A program made the position numbers and the translations under genes. A DNA stretch of 64,000 nucleotides from Octopus sinensis (Eukaryota). The stretch covers positions 39,556,001 to 39,620,000 of the forward strand of contig NC_043002.1 of NCBI RefSeq assembly GCF_006345805.1, given 5' to 3'. This document shows positions 25,791 to 37,807 of this stretch, piece after piece; the stretch's first letter is position 1; every line of letters begins with the position of its first letter. The notes below the pieces were generated by a model, which was not told the origin of the DNA, searched no databases, and saw only the letters and a program-made list of their open reading frames with translations.

Positions 25791-25977
25791 AGGAAAAGGA
25801 TTTTACTCATGCAAAGACATCTCAGAATCACGTACAACCTGAGAAAGATTTACATGTACATGATACTCTTTCTAGAGCATTAATCGTTGATGAAACTGTT
25901 TCTAATGAATATCTAAATGAGCCTTAAGATTCTGTCTAAGATGAATTTCAAGATGTTAATATTATCAGCTCACTATA

Positions 25978-26192
25978 AAGCGGCGAACTGGCAGAATCAC
26001 ACACATGCCGGGCAAAATGTTTAGCAGTATTTCGTCCGTCTTTATCGTCTGAGCTCAAATTCCACCGAGGTTGACTTCACATTTCATCCTTTCAGGGTCG
26101 ATAAAATACGCACTAGTTGGACACTGGGGTCGATGTAATCATCTGTGAAATTGCTGGTCATGTGCCAGAATTTGAAGCCAACATTATCAGCT
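25978..26192 (+). mobile_element. SINE family A inserted between the RH and IN relics
   Basis: Head, central domain and GCCAGAATTTGAAGCCA tail. Confidence 0.85.
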
Positions 26193-26299
26193 TAATTTTT
26201 AATGTCTCCATTAATTTCAAACAACAACCAGTCCAAGTGATAATCTGATAACGCTACATTGTGCTCAAGAGTTATTCGGAGTTCTTGAATGACATTGTT

Positions 26300-27165
26300 T
26301 ATCGCGACCAACTGCTTTTCAAAAGGAATAGAGTAATCGTCCCTGAATCGCTCAGAAGTGAAGCAGGGGACAAATTTTGCCAGTCACATCAAGGCATTAT
26401 AAGAAGTAAGTAGAAAGCCTGAGATGCACTGTTTTGGCCTAGCATGAACCACAAAATACTGGAGGCTGTTGTATAGTGTACCACATGTGTTAAATTCAGA
26501 ACTAATGACCCATTACTTACTGTCTTATAAGGTCCTTGGTCAAAGGTTGATGTTGCTTTATTCTCAACCAATGCTGATGATTTTATATTTATTATTCCAA
26601 ATTTGTTCAGGTAATGCAATTAAGAGATCAAATCACTTTTACTGTCATAAATATGCTGGAATCAGTCTTTTTTTTTTTTGATAGATATGGAAAACCAGAT
26701 ATTCTGATTTTGGATAATGCTTCACAATCATCTGAAGAATTTTAAAACATTGACAAAACGTTGGACTGCCACCATATCACATCCAGTCCATGATTACCAC
26801 AACCAAATGGACAAGCTAGAAAAACAAAGACCTCCTTTCCGGCACTGTTAGACTTGGGAAATACTTAAATGGTACAAATTGGTAAATAACTGGTACAATT
26901 TATGAGTCGTCATTTGAGGACAACGATACCTACATTAACACCAGACACGGTATCTTTGTACTGAAAAATCTATCGTATGTTCAGGACGGACTTGCTGAGC
27001 GCCAAAAGGCTGATAAAGAAACACATAGGAAGACCACTTACATTGTTGGAATCCATTGAGCATGAAGAAATACAAGTAAATGACAAAACAAAGATACCCG
27101 CAATTGTCAAGGACAAAAGTGATTGGCTGAGATCGTATGAGACAACTGGAAAGAAATACAGTGAG
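26300..27165 (+). pseudogene. Gypsy integrase relic
   Basis: QLLFKRNRVIVPESLR, SHQGII...LFWPSM...CTTC (HHCC), PWSKVDV, YGKPDILILDNASQ, HITSSP*LPQPNGQA, PAIV...RSYETTG. Confidence 0.88.
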
Positions 27166-27169
27166 GACC

Positions 27170-27325
27170 GTCAAACATTTCAGTTTCCGTCAACCAAATC
27201 CACTCTCAAGGCTTTGATCGGCCCGAAGTTATAGTAGAAAACACTTGTCCAATGTGACAATCAATGGGACTGAACCTGGAACCTTGTGGTTGGGAAGCAA
27301 ACTTCTTACCACACAGCCATGTCTG
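27170..27325 (-). mobile_element. SINE family B, 5' half
   Basis: Matches the family head. Confidence 0.85.
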
Positions 27326-27464
27326 CGACTGCTTGTTATTTCATTCCCAAGTCTCTTTCTTCGTGGTTGGTTTTGGTAAATGAGAGAGTAAAAACTTGGT
27401 TATCGTCGTTCCCACAAATAATAAATTTATACTTTACCATTATTTAAATTCCACTTATATAAAA

Positions 27465-27717
27465 TGTTCCAGTTGATCCGATCAACGGGACAGCCGGCTT
27501 GAGAAATTAACGTGGAAGTGGCTGAGGGCTCCACAAACACATGCACGGATAAAGCTGGCCCTTTGAATTACATGTACAAATCATTTTTGCTAGCTGAAAG
27601 GACTGGAACAATGTGAAATAAAGTATCTTGTTCAAGAGCACGACGCACTGCTAGGAATCGAACTCACGACTTTACGATCGGGAGCTGGATATCGTAATTA
27701 CTAAGCCACGCGCTTTC
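27465..27717 (-). mobile_element. tRNA-derived CORE-like SINE (family E variant)
   Basis: Minus strand GCGTGGCTTAG...GAGTTCGATTCC...TTGAACAAGATACTTTATTTCAC; homolog at 41407-41728. Confidence 0.8.
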
Positions 27718-28424
27718 ATGTATTGCATAATAATACATATATAATGCAAAAACGTCCTACAGACTGAGATGGTCAATAAAATATAAAAATAAATTTTTTA
27801 TTTATTCTTTCTGTGCGCCCGGTACTAAATGACCCACGACCCACTGCTGGTCCGCGGCCTGGTGGTTTGGGACCACTGGGTTAAGCAGTAACAGTAATAG
27901 CAATAGCAGCTCCAACCATATAATTTTCCTAAAACAATGCACCTTTCTCAACAGGCATTGTTGACTTTTATTTTATGCTTCAGGACTTTAGCGACTTCAG
28001 TGAATGTTGTTTCGCTGAAAGTTTTATTCTGCTGCTCCAGTGCATGCAAGTTAGGTGGGGGGAGAGGGGAGAGGTACAGTCAGTAACGTGACTTCATACT
28101 TTTTTTCTGGAACTATGTGGTTTGGAAGCAAACTTCTTCCCATACACAGGCTATGCCAGCGCCTGTTTCATTTTCACGGCCCTTTTCCTTCGTGTTTGGC
28201 TTTATAGTTGGATATCGTCGCTTCCACGAATTTATATTCTAAAATTAGTTAAATTCTGTTTCGGGTATCGTGTGGAATGCCTTAAAAAGCATTAAAGTGA
28301 ATAGAATGTAATTTTTTTTTATTCAAACGAAATGCTAAGTGATTGCGACTTCAGAGTTTCGCCGGCAGTAGTTCGTCAGACGAGCCACTGTCGACGAAAC
28401 TTCGTAGTCACGTTCACCTTCCAT

Positions 28425-28467
28425 TATAATATATATAATATAATATAATATAATATAATATAATATA

Positions 28468-28551
<84 letters not shown>

Positions 28552-28560
28552 CTATATATA
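28425..28560. repeat. (TAATA)n plus (TATC)n microsatellite
   Basis: Direct reading. Confidence 0.95.
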
Positions 28561-29049
28561 TACGCACGTGACCGACCAGACCATCAGATGTTGTTACACA
28601 TCGCTGGTCACAATGCGTTCGCATTGTTTTAGCCTTCGAATGACGCCACCCCGCGGGCTAAGCGAGCAGGCCAATATATATATATATCACGCGAGCGACA
28701 AGAAGTTCTAGATTTACTAAAAGCATGCCTAAAACGCCTTTGGTCATAGGTTTGTTCGATAAACCCTTGCTTTGCTTCATTTTCCTTCGCTGACGCTTTG
28801 TCCGGGTTGAAAGAGCAGCCCCCAAAATCAAAGACTTACTGGTTAACACACTGCCAGAAATTATGACCGAATGGTCATCATCAATGGAACACCTCTGATT
28901 ATAGGTCTTACACGACTAAAAAAAATCAAATATAAAATAAAACGTTGTTTATAGGTGTATTTCGTACTGAGAAAAGGAAATTAATATCTAAAAACAAGGA
29001 ACTTAATGTTTATCTTGAATAAGGCATGCTTGATTATTTCCTATATATT

Positions 29050-29435
29050 GTAGAGGGACAGGAACAAGCAATCGTGTCCTTTCGTAATTTAAGAGAGGAT
29101 AGGGGAGAAATTTAACTGCTCTCTCACGCAATTCGAACGACCACTTTGTTGGGTTCACACACACACTATTTGGGTAACCCCGAGTTCCTTTTGCAAACAT
29201 TCGGGTTGTTAAGTAGTGTGTCTTGCGAGGGGCAGCCTTTGAGGTTGCTGCCATTCTCGTCCCCGCCATCGTCCCTTGGAGAAGCTTATACAGCAGACTC
29301 AAAAGTGCCTGCACCTTAAAAGCACCGTTCTGCGGATCACTCCCACCCAACCCTCCGCTAGCTACGCTATTCGGGTTAAGTACTCAATTCATCTTACTAT
29401 GCACGGAATCCCTGAAAAAGTCACTGATACTTTTT
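29050..29435 (+). ncRNA. Candidate structured RNA element, unidentified
   Basis: GC-rich unique segment with consecutive hairpins that include G-U pairs on the + strand; no known family recognised. Confidence 0.3.
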
Positions 29436-30168
29436 CTTTAAAGAAAAGAAAAGGAAAATCTCTCTGTGGTCAACTGCGCTTTTTCTAAATCCTCGGAAAC
29501 TTTAAAATGAGCACCAGTTATGAATACTGTGGATAATTTCAATTGATTCAGCTTTCCTCGGCAGATTTGCGGGCTTTTTATCAATGCAAGAAGTCTTTAA
29601 TTCATAAATTTTAATATGAATGTAATCGTAACATATTCAAAACGAAACATTATTGTGTGTGTGTGTGTGCGTTAAATAATAGTTTTCCCGACAATAAGCA
29701 ATTACAGATGACGATGATGATGATGATGGTGCAGTTTGACTTTGAAATTGATGATGGAGAGAGAGAGAGAAAGAGAGAGTATCAGATTCTGAGGTGTATT
29801 AAAAATGATGAAGAAAGACTTGTGGGAGACGGTGAGTAAAATAAGCGGGAAAGTAGATAAGCGTGAAGGAATAATAAAGAGTAAGGAATGATGGAAGAGA
29901 GTAAAAAAAGGTAATCATGAGATAATGGTAAAAGTGTGACAGGACATTGAAGAATACGGTGTGGAAAACGAGAAAGAGAGAGGTTGCGTATATGAATACT
30001 GAGAACGATAGTTATTTTTCTTTTTAAATGTTATTGTTGCTTCTGTTTATTTAGTTTATTAGAAGGATAAAGGAACACGAAAAGCTGTGAAGAAAGAAAA
30101 TGAGACAACCGAAAAAAAATAACAAGAATTACAGAGAATAATAAAAGAAACACGGTGATAGATAGATG

Positions 30169-30224
<56 letters not shown>

Positions 30225-30729
30225 AGAGATGAATTAGGAATGACAGAAAAAAAGAGAGAGATAGAGACCGTGATAAATGAAGAAAAGATAGGAGGTGATG
30301 CCAATGAGAAAAGGGAAGAATAAGAGATAGAGGAAGAAAAGAAAGAGATGATACGAGTGAAAAGAGAAGAGCAATGAAAGAGAAATACAGTAAGAGAGAG
30401 AAAGGGAAAAAGACAAAAGAAAAAGAGATAGTACCAGTGACTGAAGAGCAATAAATGTGAAAGAGATAGATAGATAGATAGATATGTTTCTTTATTAGCC
30501 ACACAGGGCTGAACACAGAGGGGACAAAATACAAAGTAGAGCTTTTCTTTTTGGGAAGGAAAGAAGAAAAAAAGGGGTGGTGGAGAATTTCGATCAAAAG
30601 GGATCGTGGAAGGAAGAAAAAAAATAGATAGATAGATAGATAGATAGACAGCTAGATAGATAGAATGAGACACAACCCGTGAAAGAAAATAAATAAAAAA
30701 TAAGTGGGAGGAAAGCATAAAATGAGCGT

Positions 30730-30992
30730 ATATTACTACTACTACTATAACTTTTGATTACCACTACTACTACTACTACAACCAATACTACTAGCACCTC
30801 GGCTACTACTATTACTACTACTACTACAACCATCACCACTACCACTTCTACTATTATCACGATCCCAACCAATAACATCACCACCACAACCACCACCAAC
30901 AACAACAACGCACTCACTACTACTACTACTACTACTACTATCACCGCGACCGCGACCAACATTACTATTACTACTACTATTACTACTACTAG
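30730..30992. repeat. Degenerate (ACT/ACC)n trinucleotide repeat
   Basis: Direct reading; source of the poly-Thr/poly-Val ORFs. Confidence 0.9.
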
Positions 30993-31009
30993 ATGAAGAT
31001 CAACTTGAA

Positions 31010-31023
31010 ACTGCAGGTGGCGC
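31010..31023 (+). promoter_or_regulatory. Candidate CTCF-like site
   Basis: ACTGCAGGTGGCGC matches 12 of 14 positions of CCASYAGRKGGCRS. Confidence 0.35.
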
Positions 31024-33688
31024 TGCTTCAAGTGTCTGTAATGTTGTAGCAGCCGCACTGCTACTTTGACGTTTCACAGGAATATACGTTACATACGTGT
31101 GGTGTGTATATACAAATATTTATATACACTTTTATATATCCAGCGTCAATTTTTGGTCTTTCGTACCAATTTAAATGGTGAGACATTCTTTTACTTTCTC
31201 TTTTTTTCCTTCCCGATTCTCTCTGTGCCCTTTACTTTTCCTTCTTTCTGTCATGAGTTTTGTTTTGTTTTCTTTCTTCGTTTCATACTCTGACCACAGC
31301 CAAATATTTCAAACATTATTCTCTTTAAACTCACTTACATTCACTATCACAACTTAGACCCACCGCTTTTATATGTTTACCTGAATGTTCCTTTATCTAT
31401 GTGTTCGGTTAGTTCTCTCTTCATGTTTATCTGTCTGTCTATTTAACTTTCTCTGTGCGTGGGTTTTCATTGATGTATTTATTGTAATGTCTCATGTCAT
31501 TTGCATGTCAGACCTGCTCCCACTTAAACTATGTCCATTATTTTAATCCATGCCTTTCTAAGTGCCTATGTATGAATGCTGAGTGCTTTACTCGGTCTCA
31601 ATATTTGACATTACCTAGCCTCTTTCTCTCTATGTAGCTATCGTCCGACTATTCGTGGTCCCATGTGTCTGCCTGCCTGCTCCCTGCCTATCCGTTCCTT
31701 CTCTTCTCTAAACTTCAACTTTCTAACCCCATGTTTGCGATTCCAATCTATTTTCAGTTTGTTTTATTCTAGATACCTATCTCCTATGTATATATGTTTT
31801 CTTATTGTTGTCTGCCTATATCTTATCCATCTACTCGACTCGCCTGTCTGCCCATTAAACATTTTCCGTCTGACAGCTCAACCTCCGTTTTGTTTATCTG
31901 TAACGACTGTCCGTTTGTCTCTGTCTTGTCACTGTCCGTGTTGTGTACCCACCCAGTCTTTCACTGTCCATCTAACCTCGTCATCTAATGCCACCAGTAT
32001 TGTACTCTTCCAAGTACAGTCTGCCCGTCTAGTCTGATATTCAGTTGTACCCAATTGAATCAATTCTCCTGGATGATAGAAACTGAGAAAAATGTTTGGG
32101 TGGTAGCTTGCCTCACCACCAAACAAATTTACGAAAGAAATAAAATAAAATTTCGTGTGTCGATTGCATCCCTGTGACCCTATCCGCCAGTCTATCCATC
32201 TAACTCTGTCTACTGTCCATCTGTCCCCTCTTCCTCCCTCGTTCAGTTACGTTTCCATCGAGTCCCGTTCATAAATGTCTTTCACCTCATAATTCTACCG
32301 GCCGGTTTATCTTTTCATCCGTACACTTTACCATTCTGTTAGCCAATTGCTCCCTTTTGTATTCAGTCCGTCTGTGAAATATAATCCATCTTTCTATGGG
32401 AGAGTCCTTATATTTCCGTGTTCATTTACTTAGAAAGAACGGTTACTTTGTATTCAGTTTAGGATAGAAAAATAATTATTGAAATATACAATTCTTACTC
32501 TTTTTGTGAAACGTGCTAAACATAGGATTCTAAAAAAAGAAAAGAAAAATAAATGAAAATAAACATGACATTGAAAGCGCCTTTTCCGATTCATTCCATT
32601 CGCTGTCCCTTTTAATTTTCTTTAGAACTAAGCTATCCTCCACAGACTATTATTTTCAATCCAACTAGAACTTTTTTTCTGGTAAAAAAGAGTTGCCGGT
32701 TTTTCAAATTTCGCAATAAAGAAGCACTTTAAAAGAATAATCTAATGCGATCAAACTTAGTATGTGCTTAGATTTTGCAATCGTATACGCACGTACATAC
32801 GATTGACAAATATATTTCTATGTACTTTATAAATATAATTATTCAGTCAGAATGACTATTGCGCTCCTTGTATTTATTTTAAACAGCATTTTCTGTAAAA
32901 AGTAATTCAAATGTTCGGCATGTAAACCGAAAATAAAATAAAAAAGAGGGAATAAAAAAAAACCCCAACTTTTTGGAATGTTTATTAAATCTACAAGATT
33001 TAATTCTACCTCTTAAGTTTTATGTATTATGTATTGGAAAACTACAAATGTTAAAGTTAGAAAGCGTTATGACCATTTTATTCAATCATTTATGCTGTTG
33101 TGTTTAAACGGATGAATCGGACGATAAGAAAGAAACCCGACCCAGTCTCCGACCTTGTGATCACTAGCATAAATATACATTTTATCACATTACTGCAAGC
33201 AAAAATAGCGACGTACACGTTCCTTATACATAAGTGCACTTATAAACACGCGCGCACGCTCACGCACGAATCTTTGCATGTATGTATACACTATATACAC
33301 AGTAAATTTACAAACACGAGAGATAAGTACTCAATACATAGAGTGGAATTTGTTTTTTATTCGACGCTAAGTCTTATGTCGTTCTTCAGTTTCCCGTTTT
33401 CCCGTGACCGTTTAGCATACACACACGTGTGTGTGTGTATGTATTAGTGTGCTTACATATGTGCATGTACACAACATACGACACACTTCGATACATACAT
33501 GTGTGTATATGAATTATGCATGCAAGCACACCCTCGCAGACTCTACACAATACCCACACAGCCAAAGCTCTGCTCCTCTCTTCCTTGCACCATGCTGGAT
33601 CTTTCACGCAACGCCTTCCGACATGGTCCCAGTTCTTTAAAAACGAACGACGCTCCTTTATAAACTCTTCGCACTGAAATGGCCTTAC

Positions 33689-33770
33689 CCATTTTCTGTT
33701 CTAACTTTTCCGAATCCGATGTTTTTTTTTTTATTATTCCAGATATTGACATGCCACGTCACACGTCATC
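33689..33770 (-). other. Candidate first exon or promoter-proximal region of a minus-strand transcript
   Basis: CAGAAAATGG|GTAAGG donor at 33688; tandem TGACGTG-TGACGTGG upstream; CpG-rich unique context. Confidence 0.3.
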
Positions 33771-35238
33771 CTTCTTTCATTTTTTTTTAATATTCAAACA
33801 TACAAACATACACAGACACACGCAAGCACATATATATATACATGCACACCTTAAATCATGTGCTAATATTTTGCTTTAACACGTACATATGTACATTTAC
33901 ATTAACCTATTTCATATGAAGTGACTCAGATCATGTACAAACATTAAATTAACACTTCTTACGCACGTTGACATTAACTCATGGACACAAATACTCGCGC
34001 ACGCTCGACCTGCTAGAAATAGCAGCCAAATTCCCCCTTTAATTATGTCCCACTCTCTAAGGTTACATCTGAATAACGTATAAAAGATACACGATATCTG
34101 ATTAACTGACGGGATGGTCATGGTTGGGATGCTTCTAGTCATTAGTCAAACTCATTCTGGACCTGTGACTACATATCAATGACACACTCCATTAAACTTG
34201 TATTATTAATTAACAATGTTGCAATTATACTCATGCATGCTCGCACGCACACGCACGCATGTGTATGTTTTTACATATACACTCCAACACAAATCTATAT
34301 CATTACATAGATGTTAATTTAAAATAAACATCCATCCACCTATCCAACCATCCATATATACATGTAATGTGTGTAGCTTATTTATTTAATACAATAATCT
34401 TGTTATATATATATATATATATGAAATGTATATATGTATATGTATGTATTCGCTGATATCACCTTCAGTTTCACCGTTTACTACGCTGTTCACTCATTGT
34501 AATCTAGATTTACTTTAGAAGAATATTTCATTTTCTGCAGTGGCACCAAACTGGCCATTCTGACATTAGCCATTCCTTTTTAGAAACGGCATTGTTTCTG
34601 CCTTAACCCTTTTCTTGTTATCATTTTTGCCTTCTGTTTTAAGTGTTCGTATTTGTCGTATATGAAATGTCATTTCGGATTCTGTCCCAAATCTTAACTG
34701 TAGCTGTTTATCATAACTTAAGCAATTTTTGGAATTTTCCGTATCAAATTTCACGAAGATTGTTATTGAGGTTGACAATGGTTCATTGAAAATGTTAATA
34801 AGTTAATGTGCTACATCCATTCTTCATTGTTTTTTTCTTTCTTTCTTTCTCATTTTTGTATTTTAATTTGCAAAACATTCATTGATATTTCTGAATTTAT
34901 TTTATCTTTCTAACGATTTCTTAGAAATCGTTTTCGGAATCGCATCGTAATATTTCAAATCAGAACTTCTACACATCACAAGATTTTTACTATTTCGTGC
35001 CGAATACGTCGAAATAAATTTATATTTTAATTGTATAAATATTTTTTTGAGGAGAAAGACGGAATTGATATTCTCTTGAAGGGTTAACAACGAGTTGTAT
35101 TCCGTACAAATGTGTTTTTTCCCCTCTTTTCGTCTTGGAAATCAAAACAAATGATATTTATAAAAATATTGTTTCGAAATTCAGGCAACGTTAAAAGACA
35201 CAAAAATAATTAGCTCCCCTTGGAATTATTTTGGCTTT

Positions 35239-35822
35239 AATATGGCGATTCGAAGAATATTAGGCGAAAGTGGGATGAAAAGAATCCTCGTTTAAAACGC
35301 TCGAATGTTTCTGTTGACTGCCCTTCGTTTAATATATAAACGCCAACGATAATTCCGTTAGTATCGAAAACAGTCTCGGTATGCGAACGCATTTTCGGAG
35401 AGGAACTTGAAGTAACAGAAAAAGTAGTTAACTTTAGATGCAATATACTTTTCATGTGATAACTTACATTATTAAATAGGGTTAAAATTGTTTCTGAAGA
35501 TTCGTCGCTAGAATATTTCATTTGTTTAAAGAAGGAACTGTTTTGGTCTTTTCTTTTGAAAATGTATATTCTGGACGAGTGCATTCAACAGCGTTGTATT
35601 TATTGTCATCCAGTTGCGTTGATTAATATTCATATTTCAAGTGCTTTTCTAATTATAATACTACAATTTTTGTATGTTATCTGACCTGCAATAAAGAAAT
35701 TGATTCAATATTAGAAGCATGAAGATCTTAAATCTGGTGATATTCTTTTAGCCAATAGTTACAAAGAGGCCTCGCTACTCTTTAAAGAGTTCCTAAGTTA
35801 GATAGAATGGAAATATAAAATT
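35239..35822 (+). other. Candidate non-coding first exon of a plus-strand gene
   Basis: AATATGGCG (YY1-like) at 35239-35247; CpG-rich; GTAAGT donor at 35823, where CpG depletion begins. Confidence 0.3.
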
Positions 35823-36407
35823 GTAAGTGACTGTGTAATTTTAACCTAAATCCTAATTCATATTTCAACTTTTTAATGTGATGGGCTAAAAAGGCCCTTC
35901 CACCCGGTTGCTCAACCTGCTTGAAATACACCTAAACAACTACACCTCCCTCCCACTTGTTCTACCACCTAACAAAATGGATATATTGGATAAAGTAGTT
36001 CTAAATACATTATGCCTCAAAAGATTCCCTTATCCTGTCTTTTTTTTAAAATCTAGAACTTCATAATACTTACTTTCTTCAAACTTTACTAAGCTTATTC
36101 TAAATATTATTTTTTAAAAAAGAATGTTTTGTCTCTTTCTTCATGAATGAATTTTATTATTATGAAAAGGAAAGTAGTGGTGGAAGCTAATGTGGTAGGC
36201 TAGTGTACAAAATGCCTTAATGTATTTGAATCCTTTTTACACTACATGTTCAAATGTCACAGAGGTTGACCTTACTTTTTGGTTTTTCTTGGGTTCATAA
36301 AATAGGAATCAATCAAGTGTGGTTGATATAATTTACTTTCCACTCAGATATTTGTAGCCTTGAGTCAAAATATGGTGAGAATAAAAACTAATTATAGATA
36401 TATAATA

Positions 36408-36582
36408 GATCGCTAGCCACTACACATTCTTTATTTTCTCTCCTTGTTTCTTTCTGTGGAAGAGCGTAAACTCGAAACGTTAAAGACTTTTTCACTTCCC
36501 GAGCATTAAATTAATACATCTGTTTGTTGTCCACATCACCTGCCTTCGTCTTTTGTTTTTTTTTGGTGAATTCTCCCTATAT
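36408..36582 (+). mobile_element. Penelope-like terminal-repeat fragment
   Basis: Homolog of 7607-7785, with GGAAGAGCGTAAACTCGAAACGTT. Confidence 0.55.
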
Positions 36583-36591
36583 ATATATATA

Positions 36592-36978
36592 GACACAGGC
36601 ACGGCTGTCTGGTAAGAAGCCTGCTTCTCAACCACATGATTCAGGTTTCAATCCCTCTGCATGGAACCTTGGGCAAGTGTCTTCTACTATAGCCTCAGAC
36701 TGACCAAAGTCTTGAGAGTCGATTTGGTAGATAGAAACTGAAAGAAGCCCGTCACACACGCATATATATATGCATGTGTGTCTGTTTTTGTTCCCCATCT
36801 TCACTTGACAATTGGCATATTTACACCCCTGTAACTTAGTGGTTTGCCAAAAGAGACCGATAGAATAAATACTAAGCTTAAAAGCAAGTCCTGTTGTCAA
36901 TTTATTCAACTAAACAGACTTTTCAAGGTGCTGCTTCAGCATGGCCACTGTCAAATAACTGAAACAAGTAAAAGAATA
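36592..36978 (+). mobile_element. Full-length SINE family B
   Basis: Head, CORE-like segment, microsatellite and GTAAAAGAATA tail. Confidence 0.9.
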
Positions 36979-37807
36979 TATCTACTTCAATGTTTGTTGT
37001 TGTTGCTAAGCTCCAAATTAGTTCTGATCAAGCAGATCCATAATCAAAATTGTTTCAATTATGATCATCCCATCCTTTTACTAAGTACAGTGCATGTCGG
37101 ACCACATTATCTAATGTATCCTTTTTATTATTTAGGGTGTGATTTGAGGGAGATTTCTCCTGTTTTTAACAGGTTAGGTGATTGCATAACAGTTCCCTTG
37201 TTGGATCAGTCATAATTCTTATTGTAACATGTCACCATGTGGTGTTCTTAACTTTTGTCATTTAAGGATTGATAGAAAAAATAAGTACAAAATATTCTTC
37301 TGGAGATCAATTGTAGGTGGTCAAATAGACTAGTTGCTAGATTAGCAACCTAATTATATATAATTTGAATAATTTCCTTAATTCTGGAAGATACTTTATG
37401 AATCCATAGCCAAGACACTTTATGAATCAAGGCTAACTGAAATGATATTAATCTGTAAGCAAAGGTACCTGGTTTTGCCCAGGTGCTGAAATTTGGCTCT
37501 TTATTACATTGGGACAAAAGAGAATCAATCAAATGGTAATTGTGCCCCTGAATGTTGAAATTTATTATCCATACTTCTTACACAATGCTTGTAGTACTAA
37601 AGAGCATCATTTGAAAACTGGAAGTGTACTTATGTTTTCTACTTGATATTGAAACTTTTATTAAAGTCTCTTGATTGTGAGTTTTGTTTCCAAGTCTAGA
37701 ATTTCTCTTGTAGTTCTAATGTGTATAGATATATATAGGCATGGTGATGCAAACAAGAAAAATAGAACTCAAAATATGAGTATATGCATATTTTTATAAA
37801 TATTTAG

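Larger units (their letters stand above)
22255..27165 (+). mobile_element. Decayed Ty3/Gypsy LTR retrotransposon internal region
   Basis: PBS, gag, zinc knuckle, protease, RT, RNase H and integrase relics occur in Gypsy order (IN after RH), with many stops and frameshifts; no LTR pair found. Confidence 0.92.

Noticed and set aside
29003-29350. 115-aa minus-strand ORF as a protein-coding gene
   Set aside because: No recognisable domain; local GC richness explains the open frame.
29050-29435. Telomerase RNA, RNase P/MRP, U3, 7SK or HDV-like ribozyme identity
   Set aside because: No CUAACCCU-type template on either strand; P4-forming CR-I/CR-V pairs, C/D boxes and GAUC motifs do not fit; no valid P3 around the TTCTCGT candidate.
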